From a virus, in IMG/VR virus record IMGVR_UViG_3300044911_002386, positions 1-64,000 of that record: DNA of 64,000 nt, one strand, 5' to 3'. The position numbers and the translations under genes were made by a program. The first letter of the stretch is position 1. Every line of letters starts with the position of its first letter. Below are positions 27,817-35,210 of the stretch, one piece after another. The notes beneath the pieces are model-generated. The model searched no databases. It was not told the origin of the DNA and was given only the letters and a program-made list of their open reading frames with translations.

Positions 27817-28059
27817 CTAGGGCGCATTGGCATCTCCATTTGGCCAGGCTTCAGTTAGGTTTGAAGTATTAACAATCGGGCTGTCGGTAACGCAGTCTAT
27901 TTCTACTGGTTTAGGTGCCGGATACGGCGCCGTCAGCGTAATGTGATGCACCGGATTATCAGGGAGGTACACTTGAGGTTTCGGGCCACGGGACGTTCCC
28001 GGAAACTCGGCCTGCCGGCGATCCTGATATAGACGTGCACTTTTTCCAACTTGAGCCAT
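27817..28059 (-). CDS. Pro-rich hypothetical protein
   Basis: 80-aa ORF, AGGAG RBS. Confidence 0.65.
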   Translation of the reverse strand: MAQVGKSARLYQDRRQAEFPGTSRGPKPQVYLPDNPVHHITLTAPYPAPKPVEIDCVTDSPIVNTSNLTEAWPNGDANAP

Positions 28060-28075
28060 GCTATACTCCTTCGAT

Positions 28076-28120
28076 TAAGTAGGCAGCGGGTCACCGTTTA
28101 GTATACCCGCCGCCTACTTA
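28076..28120. repeat. 16-bp inverted repeat in divergent intergenic region
   Basis: TAAGTAGGCAGCGGGT-13 nt-ACCCGCCGCCTACTTA, one mismatch (G-U on the minus strand). Confidence 0.75.
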
Positions 28121-28271
28121 AATACTCGGTCTACTGCTTACACAAACTTCGGTACGCATACACCGGCAACATAAGCACACCGAAAAGCACGGTCAGGATT
28201 AAGCCTCCTGTTATTATGCATAGTTCGGTGGCTATGTTTTCGAGCCACTGTAGTTCGACCGGATCTGAGTC

Positions 28272-30242
28272 GTGCCGAGACGACCGATTAAACCTACGCC
28301 TACGTTTGCACATATGGCACCAGAAAAAATAATGCAGGATGGTAGCCTGCACGAATCAACAGCGGTTGAAATTCCAGACGCAGGAGTTCAATCGCTGTTA
28401 CAAGAACTGCTGTCAATTAACACGGCCGACCAAGCGTCCGTTACATCGCGGACGGCTGTGTTGAAAGAACTGGCAACAAGATGCGCGTTTCCGTCGCTTG
28501 AGCCAATTCTTCCGCTTGTATTGAATTTAAATGGTAAGCCGTACAGTATTAAAGATCATTACCCGTTCGGCCCATTATTCAGAGTATTAACACCCAAAAA
28601 TCAAGTGTGGAAAACCGGGCGTCAGTTAAGTAAATCTACGTCGCTCGCGGCGCATGGAATTGTAGTCGCTAACTCTATTCCATTTTTTAAGACGTTGTAT
28701 GTCACGCCGCTGTACGAGCAGATTCGCCGTTTTTCCAACAATTACGTGCGACCGTTTATCGACCAGTCGCCTGTCAAGTCTCAGTGGTCGAGCAGCGAGA
28801 CTGAGAACTCTGTGTTGCAGCGCAGCTTCAAGAACAAGTCTTTAATGCTGTTTTCTTTTGCACTGCTTGACGCTGACCGTGTCCGCGGTGTGTCGTCTGA
28901 TCGAATGTGCATCGACGAAGTTCAAGACATGGACCCTGACCACATTCCAATTATTCAAGAGACGATGAGTTATTCGCGTTACGCGATTTCTCATTTTACG
29001 GGGACGCCAAAATCGACTGATAACCCGTTAGAGGGGTTGTATAAAAGGAGCAGTCAAGCCGAGTGGTTCATTCCGTGTTACTCGTGCGGCAAGTGGAACA
29101 TACCGTCTATCGAGCACGATCTTGATGCCATGATCGGGCCCATGAACATTCACATCAGCGAGAAAAACCCTGGTACTGTATGTGCAAAGTGTCGCAAACC
29201 GATTAGCCCGCGGCATGGGCGGTGGGTGCATAGACACCCTGACCGCCGCTGGCAATTTGCCGGGTATCACGTGCCGCAATTAATTTTGCCGCTGCACTTC
29301 TCAGATCCTGAAAAATGGAACACGCTGCTACTGAAGCGCGAAGGTTACGGCAACATGACGCAGGCACAGTTCTACAACGAAGTCATGGGCGAATCTATCG
29401 ACGCCGGTCAAAAACTTATTAGCGAAACAGAACTACGTGCGGCGTGCCTGTTGCCATGGGAAAACAAAAAAGAACCCGTACGTGAAGTGTTTGAAAATTT
29501 GAATGATTACCGCTCACGCGTGCTGGCCATCGACTGGGGCGGCGGTGGCGAAGAGGGTATTTCGTTTACTGTGTTGACGGTTCTTGGTTTTCGTCACGAC
29601 GGCACAATTGACGTCCTCTGGGGGAAACGTCTGCTCATCGGCGGCGATCACTTAGCAGAAGCCGTTGAATGCATGAAATACTCTGATTTATTTCAGTGCG
29701 AATTTGTGGCTCACGATTACACCGGGGCCGGCACGGTACGTGAAACCGTTATGGTGCAGGCGGGGTTTAACCTAGACCGCGTGCTAGCGATGCGTTTGGT
29801 GCGGTCAGCGTCGCAGGATCTTATGGTGTACAAACCGCCGACAGCGATCAACCACCGCGCACATTACAGCCTAGATAAAACACGTTCTATTCTTTACACG
29901 TGTCAGGCTATCAAATTAAAACAAGTCAGGTTTTTCCAGTACGACTGGGCTTCGCAGGACTCGCCTGGTTTGATTTCTGACTTTTTAGCGCTGGTAGAGA
30001 ACAAAGCAGAATCACGCATGGGCGGCGACATTTACACCATCACGCGAAACACGCTTCTTAGCGATGATTTCGCGCAGGCTGTAAACATCGGCTGTGCCGC
30101 GTTGTGGCACATCAACGAAGCCTGGCCTAACTTTGCCCAGTTGGCCGGTCTCGGCCGCATTACGCAGCAGCAGGCCAAAAACGAACTTGAAGACGACCAC
30201 TGGGCAGACGACGCTACGGCAGATCGTTTTTTCGGCTATTAA
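28272..30242 (+). CDS. Terminase large subunit (GpA-like ATPase plus RNase H-like nuclease)
   Basis: KTGRQLSKST, DRVRG, IDEVQD, GTPKS, CxxC..CxxC, GYHVPQL, FYNEVMG, AIDWGGG, DDFAQA; true start may be ATG 28314. Confidence 0.88.
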   Translation: MPRRPIKPTPTFAHMAPEKIMQDGSLHESTAVEIPDAGVQSLLQELLSINTADQASVTSRTAVLKELATRCAFPSLEPILPLVLNLNGKPYSIKDHYPFGPLFRVLTPKNQVWKTGRQLSKSTSLAAHGIVVANSIPFFKTLYVTPLYEQIRRFSNNYVRPFIDQSPVKSQWSSSETENSVLQRSFKNKSLMLFSFALLDADRVRGVSSDRMCIDEVQDMDPDHIPIIQETMSYSRYAISHFTGTPKSTDNPLEGLYKRSSQAEWFIPCYSCGKWNIPSIEHDLDAMIGPMNIHISEKNPGTVCAKCRKPISPRHGRWVHRHPDRRWQFAGYHVPQLILPLHFSDPEKWNTLLLKREGYGNMTQAQFYNEVMGESIDAGQKLISETELRAACLLPWENKKEPVREVFENLNDYRSRVLAIDWGGGGEEGISFTVLTVLGFRHDGTIDVLWGKRLLIGGDHLAEAVECMKYSDLFQCEFVAHDYTGAGTVRETVMVQAGFNLDRVLAMRLVRSASQDLMVYKPPTAINHRAHYSLDKTRSILYTCQAIKLKQVRFFQYDWASQDSPGLISDFLALVENKAESRMGGDIYTITRNTLLSDDFAQAVNIGCAALWHINEAWPNFAQLAGLGRITQQQAKNELEDDHWADDATADRFFGY

Positions 30243-30472
30243 GTGCCTGCAGCGGCGACTGGCTGCGTAATAACCTCAATGATATCAGGCGGGCAGATAC
30301 ACGACAGCCCGCGACCGTTATCCCACTTTACGTGCAATTGCGTGAACTTCTCTCGTGCCCAGCCCGCGTTAACGTGTGTCACATCTTCGATAGTACCCTC
30401 GGTGCCGGGCGGGATTGGCTGTGGGTCATTAGGCATAAAAACCATGCGAATGCGGTCACCCGGCTTGTACAT
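30239..30472 (-). CDS. DUF4314-like protein
   Basis: GDRIRMVFMPNDP..IPPGTEGT...HVKWDNG. Confidence 0.85.
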   Translation of the reverse strand: MYKPGDRIRMVFMPNDPQPIPPGTEGTIEDVTHVNAGWAREKFTQLHVKWDNGRGLSCICPPDIIEVITQPVAAAGT

Positions 30473-30968
30473 CGTCATCGTCCTTTTCAAATAGACTTCT
30501 GTGGTTGGCAACAAACTGACGGCCATTGTCGTTTACGGAAAACGCAAAACTATCATTGTCAGAATCGAAAGAGACATCAATAAGATCTCTGCTGACGCCT
30601 GCTGAAATGACGTTTGACATGATTCGCGTAAACAGTGCTTCCATCAACTTATGCAGTTGCTCCATGGCTGCCTTCTTGGAATTGCCACCGACAGCAAACA
30701 GCGCTCCGTTATCCGCGGCACTGAAGTCGCGCACGATGGTTTCGGTTTCCTGCAGCGACAGAAACGCGCATTTTTCTTCAAACGACGCGCTGTTGGCATC
30801 GACTGCTATGCCGCTTTGCTCGGCAATGTAGTGATCGAACAACTTGATCGCTGAGTCTCGCAAACATTCCATAGGCAGAACTGGGGCGCCTGGGTTTTCA
30901 AAGTCCGGCTGCCCGTCAGAACTACGATGGAAAAATTCGTCTAGTGGGCTGGTGTCTTCGTCAAACAC
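30456..30968 (-). CDS. Acidic hypothetical protein
   Basis: Start moved to GTG 30968 after GGAGG. Confidence 0.7.
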   Translation of the reverse strand: MFDEDTSPLDEFFHRSSDGQPDFENPGAPVLPMECLRDSAIKLFDHYIAEQSGIAVDANSASFEEKCAFLSLQETETIVRDFSAADNGALFAVGGNSKKAAMEQLHKLMEALFTRIMSNVISAGVSRDLIDVSFDSDNDSFAFSVNDNGRQFVANHRSLFEKDDDDVQAG

Positions 30969-31275
30969 GGGAATCCTCCTGCAGTCGGGCCGCGGCCAGG
31001 CTGGCCTCGTAGTTACCGCGGGCAAGAATACGGGCACGGACAGCGTTACGCATGTCGGCAAGGTAATCCTGATACTGCACGTCAGTGTTTACGATCGCTT
31101 CTGCAGACGAATACGAGTGCGGCTTGCCCGTCAGTGCATTGTCGCCGCTAGCCATGATTCTTTCAATAGCCGCCAACTTTACCGCGATCCGGTTATCTTC
31201 GAGTCGCATTTCAGCGAGCGTGGCATCAGCGAGATTAGAGGCTGTTACTTCGATGTTACGCACAAAATCAGTCAT
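30961..31275 (-). CDS. Hypothetical helical protein
   Basis: NALTGKPHSYSSAEA motif; 104 aa. Confidence 0.7.
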   Translation of the reverse strand: MTDFVRNIEVTASNLADATLAEMRLEDNRIAVKLAAIERIMASGDNALTGKPHSYSSAEAIVNTDVQYQDYLADMRNAVRARILARGNYEASLAAARLQEDSRV

Positions 31276-31283
31276 TTTTTTCT

Positions 31284-31547
31284 CTAAGTGGTTTCGTAAT
31301 CTTTGAAGTCGTAATTTGACTTCTGTTCTTTAATAGTCAGTTGCCGTTTGGGGTATTTTTCCGGGTGGCATACCTGACAACGAGCTCGGGCGCAGCCAGC
31401 ACAACGTAAAGACTTTCTGAATCGACCGGCTTCTACTTCTGGCCAATTTCCGATTAAAGACCAAAGTAAGTGCCGGCGCAACTTAGCGCGATTTTCTAGA
31501 ATGTGCTTTTCTTCGTGATAGCGTTTCATTTTTAACTCCGTGTACAA
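31284..31547 (-). CDS. Small basic Cys-rich protein
   Basis: CAGCARARCQVCHP; start may be 31529. Confidence 0.65.
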   Translation of the reverse strand: MYTELKMKRYHEEKHILENRAKLRRHLLWSLIGNWPEVEAGRFRKSLRCAGCARARCQVCHPEKYPKRQLTIKEQKSNYDFKDYETT

Positions 31548-31578
31548 GTAACTACATAGTTATTGTAACACGCGGGAA

Positions 31579-32271
31579 TCAGACCTTGACGAGCGACTTC
31601 GAAGCACGACGCTTCTTCATCGCAGCCTCAGTGGGCTCTTCGCCGTACACGGCACTCATGCCAGGCGTGAGGCAATCAGCCGTGAAGCGCCCGAACCTAG
31701 GCCGCCACTCGCACAGGCCGCACATCGTGCCCGCTTTCTTGATCCAGCGATCAAGTTGGGCAAAATTGATGATTGAGTCCTCGAACGAAATCGACACAAC
31801 AGCCGACCAGTCATGGAAGATTGGCCGAGTCGAGACGACGCGAGACTGCTGCCGCGCCACCAGCGTGGTGAACCGGAAACCTTCGGCTTCCGGAGTCGGG
31901 CGGGGCGACGTGTCTTCAAACATTGCTTCCGGCTCGCGCGGACCGGCGTACTCTAACTTAAAGAATCCCGGGGGCGCCGCGAACACAGCGCACTTGGCGA
32001 GCTGGCCTTCCTTGGTCTTTCGAGCCGCGGCGTTAATCGCTGCTACGATGGTCGCACCGGGCAGTACGGGACCCAACTCCTCGTGCATATGCAGGCTGCC
32101 GAGGAACTCAATATGCCCCATCTCGATGTGGTCGGCGTCGGTCTTGACGCGCTTCGAACTGACGCTCTTGAGCGCCTTAGAGAACTTGTTCAGCGGGTTT
32201 GCCATCTGAACGTTTTTCACAACCATCGGGCCGTCCCCGGTGATCTTGTAATCAACATTAACCCAACTCAT
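31579..32271 (-). CDS. Cas7/RAMP-like RRM-fold protein, putative effector for the adjacent GGY-NN array (Vipr-like)
   Basis: N-terminal YKITGDGPMVVKN strand, VLPGATIVAAI helix, SRVVSTRPIFHDW, C-terminal Gly-rich loop AGTMCGLCEWRPRFGRF; ATGA-coupled to the HNH gene. Confidence 0.75.
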   Translation of the reverse strand: MSWVNVDYKITGDGPMVVKNVQMANPLNKFSKALKSVSSKRVKTDADHIEMGHIEFLGSLHMHEELGPVLPGATIVAAINAAARKTKEGQLAKCAVFAAPPGFFKLEYAGPREPEAMFEDTSPRPTPEAEGFRFTTLVARQQSRVVSTRPIFHDWSAVVSISFEDSIINFAQLDRWIKKAGTMCGLCEWRPRFGRFTADCLTPGMSAVYGEEPTEAAMKKRRASKSLVKV

Positions 32272-32585
32272 TGATCTATGTCCTTCCGTTGATGAATCGT
32301 GGGAACAATGTAATTACAGCCCAAGTCTTTGTTTTTGTAGCGACGAGCTCGTATTACATTTGTTATTGCTTCGTGACACTCGCTGCATAGCGTAATTAAA
32401 TCTTTTTCGACATCCTCTTCGCCAAACCGTTCATACGTCTTGTGATGCACTTCGAGCTGATATACAGATCCGTCGTGCAAACACGTTTGGCATTCATAGT
32501 TGTCAATCACTAGACGTTGCGTGCGCTTTTCACACCAGTCATATCTGGCCATGCGCACGGCATAATTTAACGTCGTTGAATCCAT
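32268..32585 (-). CDS. HNH endonuclease
   Basis: W..KR..RL..DNYECQTC...LEVHHKTY...DLITLCSECH; AGGGG RBS. Confidence 0.88.
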   Translation of the reverse strand: MDSTTLNYAVRMARYDWCEKRTQRLVIDNYECQTCLHDGSVYQLEVHHKTYERFGEEDVEKDLITLCSECHEAITNVIRARRYKNKDLGCNYIVPTIHQRKDIDQ

Positions 32586-32596
32586 TTGTTACCCCT

Positions 32597-32629
32597 GGTT
32601 TATGTGTAGTTTCCGCAGCACATAAAACC
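32597..32629 (-). other. Hairpin at the 3' end of the array, just upstream of the HNH RBS
   Basis: Plus strand GGTTTATGTG...CACATAAAACC inverted repeat. Confidence 0.5.
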
Positions 32630-33457
32630 GCAACCTACCCTAATTGTTTTGAAAGAAAAAACCAAACCCAACGTCACCCTGCGTTACCTTACCGGACGTT
32701 ACCCGACCTTACCGGACCATATTTTGTTTGAAAGAAAAAACCAGACCTGACCAAACCCCAGCTTATGCCACCCCACCGAGCCAAACCCTATTTTGTTTGA
32801 AAGAGAAAACCAGACCTTACCGTGCCTGACGTTACGCTACCGAACCAGACCGCACCCTAAATTGTTTTGAAAGAAAAAACCGAACCAAACCCAATAGCGC
32901 CATGCGTTACCGAACGAAATCAAACGTTGCCAAAACAGACACTACCGAACCGTACCGGACCTAACGCAAATTATTTGAAAAAACCATACCGAAAGCTACC
33001 GGACAAAACGCAACGATACCGGACCTGACCGCAAAATTTTGAGAAGAGAAAACCAAACAAAACCGAGCCTAACGATACCCTGCCGTACGCTTGTTGAGAA
33101 AAAAACCATACCTGACCTGATCCCGCCATACCGTACCATGCCGTACCGGACAAGACCCTACACGACGTTACAACACCTTATATGTTTGAAAGAAAAAACC
33201 AGATCTGACCAAACCCCAACTTACCCTGCCCCACGCTACAGTTTTGAAAAAGAAAAACCCTGCCACACCGTACCAAACCTAACCCGACGGCATTCGACCG
33301 AAGCTAACCACAAAGTTTTGAAAGAAAAAACCATACCCGATCGAACGTTACAACACCTCACGTCACCAGACCCGACCTAACGATAAAGTTTTGAAAGAAA
33401 AAACCTAACCTTACGCCGCCATACCGAGCCGGACCTGACCTTACGCCAGCCGACCAT
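32624..33457 (-). repeat. Non-coding array of 11 GGY-NN pentamer units separated by a conserved U-rich delimiter; putative guide-RNA array
   Basis: Plus-strand delimiter TTTGAAAGAAAAAACC or variants at 32648, 32727, 32796, 32866, 32974, 33038, 33093, 33185, 33243, 33317 and 33390, followed by 11, 9, 9, 17, 9, 7, 14, 8, 10, 10 and 10 in-phase NN-RCC pentamers (hand count); strand inferred from flanking genes. Confidence 0.92.
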
Positions 33458-33464
33458 AAGTATG

Positions 33465-33914
33465 TTATTTAGCGCTGTCGCCAAGAATGACGTTGCGACA
33501 GCCGCACGATGTTGCGAGAGGAAGCACATCATCTGCATAGCCCGCGACTAGTTTCTCTTTGTCGAGATAACCAGTGCTGATAAGTGCCTGCAAGCCTAAT
33601 CGAGCAAAGCCCCGCCGCCGGAACGCCGGGTCGACAAAGCATTCCACCGTCTGCACAGCGACAAACGTGTCTTTTACATGCTCGCGCCATGGGCGTGTGC
33701 CCACCCAGCCGACTAAAACACCTTTAAGCCACACGAAGGCTATTGCCATGTTGGGGTGCGGGCCTGGCTGCGGGTTGAGGTAACGCTTATCCAGTTCTTT
33801 TTGAATAGAGCTCGCACTGCCTGAGTCTGGCCACGAAAGCCGCGAACAAATAGCAGCGACATCAACCGGCCGCAATTGATTGATGTCTTTGATGTAAATG
33901 TTAATCTCGTCCAT
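33465..33914 (-). CDS. GNAT-family acetyltransferase
   Basis: LVGWVG...ECFVDPAFRRRGFARLGL (motif A); GGAGG RBS before ATG 33914. Confidence 0.85.
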   Translation of the reverse strand: MDEINIYIKDINQLRPVDVAAICSRLSWPDSGSASSIQKELDKRYLNPQPGPHPNMAIAFVWLKGVLVGWVGTRPWREHVKDTFVAVQTVECFVDPAFRRRGFARLGLQALISTGYLDKEKLVAGYADDVLPLATSCGCRNVILGDSAK

Positions 33915-33949
33915 ATAGGCCTCCATACCTGGCACACGAGTTTAACTAT

Positions 33950-34022
33950 AGCCGGCGGCGGGAGTCGAACCCGCAACCTACTGATTACAAATCAGTTGCG
34001 CTGCCAATTGTGCCACGCCGGC
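33950..34022 (-). tRNA. tRNA-Thr(TGT)
   Basis: GCCGGCG/CGCCGGC acceptor; ACTGA-TTTGTAA-TCAGT; GCGGG-TTCGACT-CCCGC. Confidence 0.95.
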
Positions 34023-34034
34023 GATCCGCACAGT

Positions 34035-34400
34035 TTACCCAAAATCGATGGCGCTAATAGCCGCAAATTGTCGCATGGTCATGAATTTAACGCGTTCGCG
34101 GTAAAAAGCCGCGTCGTGATGAGCACTGATTGATTCGCCCTCGTTATCATTGCCAAGAACTAAACCGTAACCCGCCAGCGGTTGCGGGTAGTCGGGCAGT
34201 GCAAAAAACTTAGTGCTGGGCTCGAGTTTGAGTAAGCCTTCGTCGTCAACAAAGACGTCATCGTCATCAGCCAGACGCACCAACGCAAAACAATCGACCT
34301 TGATGTGCTCATAGATTTGCTTGTAGTCGCCGTTATACGTGACGTCTGTGACTTCTTCTTTGTACGGGTCAATCAGGACAGCCTTGTGTTCAGCAGTCAT
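34035..34400 (-). CDS. DUF3846-like protein
   Basis: AVLIDP...FVDDEGLL...PLAGYGLVLG. Confidence 0.8.
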   Translation of the reverse strand: MTAEHKAVLIDPYKEEVTDVTYNGDYKQIYEHIKVDCFALVRLADDDDVFVDDEGLLKLEPSTKFFALPDYPQPLAGYGLVLGNDNEGESISAHHDAAFYRERVKFMTMRQFAAISAIDFG

Positions 34401-34858
34401 ACGGGCTCCAGTTTTGTAGGCCATACGTACGGCAGGTAGATCTCTTCCATCCAGCCAAATTTGGAATAGTGCGCGTAATCTTTACGCAAGAGATTGCCGC
34501 GGTGAGACGCATGAAAGTCATCGTCGCCAAACCACGGCGGGTAATTATTTGCTTTTATTGTCGGTCTAATAATTGAGTACCGATGTTCAAATTCCCGGCA
34601 TAGATTGTCTGTAAACTTGCGGCGGCGCCACTCACGGCACATGACGATGCTATAAACAAGCAGGGCTGTTTCATAGCCTGCCCACATTTGCACCGCCGGG
34701 TGGTTACGCCAGCGAGAGACGCTTGGCATATGGGCACCAATCGGCACGCCTAGGCACAGCAGTATTTGTTTACACTCTACGCGCTGTTTGCCTAGACGCT
34801 TATTGTCCAGCACCGCCGCCGACCGCCGAAAACTCGGCAGGGGCAGAAATGTTTGCAT
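34397..34858 (-). CDS. Pyrimidine-dimer DNA glycosylase / endonuclease V-like protein (MSMEG_6728 type)
   Basis: MQTFLP...LDNKRLGKQRVECKQI...HPAVQMW...PPWFG...SHRGNLLRKD...YVWP. Confidence 0.88.
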   Translation of the reverse strand: MQTFLPLPSFRRSAAVLDNKRLGKQRVECKQILLCLGVPIGAHMPSVSRWRNHPAVQMWAGYETALLVYSIVMCREWRRRKFTDNLCREFEHRYSIIRPTIKANNYPPWFGDDDFHASHRGNLLRKDYAHYSKFGWMEEIYLPYVWPTKLEPV

Positions 34859-34863
34859 GTTAA

Positions 34864-35205
34864 TTAGTCATCGTAATCGTCGGAATCAAAGTCGTGCTCG
34901 TACTCGGGCTCTTCTTCGTCTTCGTCTTCGTCGTCTTCGTCTTCGTCATTCCAGCTAAATGACTCTTCGTCATCTTCTTCTTCGTAATCCTCGTCTTCGT
35001 AATCCTCATCTTCGTCTTCGTCATCTTCGTCGGCGTACCAGTCGACATTTGGCTTGTATAAGACGTCGTCATCGTCGTCATCGTCATCGTCATCGTTGTC
35101 GCTGACGAACTGCCACTCTTCTTCAATGAAATCGTCGTCCAACCCGTCGTCGTGGTCTTTTTTGCTAAAAATGGATTGTTCAGCCCGTCGACGATCATAT
35201 GCCAT
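34864..35205 (-). CDS. Extremely acidic protein
   Basis: About 65 of 113 residues are D/E (hand count); fits between flanking genes. Confidence 0.75.
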   Translation of the reverse strand: MAYDRRRAEQSIFSKKDHDDGLDDDFIEEEWQFVSDNDDDDDDDDDDVLYKPNVDWYADEDDEDEDEDYEDEDYEEEDDEESFSWNDEDEDDEDEDEEEPEYEHDFDSDDYDD

Positions 35206-35210
35206 AGACG

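Noticed and set aside
28131-28352. 73-aa minus-strand ORF at the terminase start
   Set aside because: Overlaps the terminase 5' end and lacks supporting motifs; a shorter membrane peptide cannot be excluded
32971-33380. ORFs 32971..33153 (-) and 33039..33380 (+)
   Set aside because: Chance open frames across a 5-nt periodic repeat; they cover only part of the array and delimiter length changes are not multiples of three
32624-33457. Canonical CRISPR array
   Set aside because: The delimiter is only 12-17 nt and non-palindromic, the intervening units are periodic and vary from 35 to 85 nt, and no cas1, cas2 or cas6 is visible
32624-33457. Simple microsatellite or replication-origin iterons
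   Set aside because: Variation is concentrated at two of five positions with phase preserved and a separate delimiter; an origin role is not formally excluded
34860-35198. Thr/Met/Lys-rich ORF
   Set aside because: Alternative frame of the GAY/GAR codons of the acidic protein
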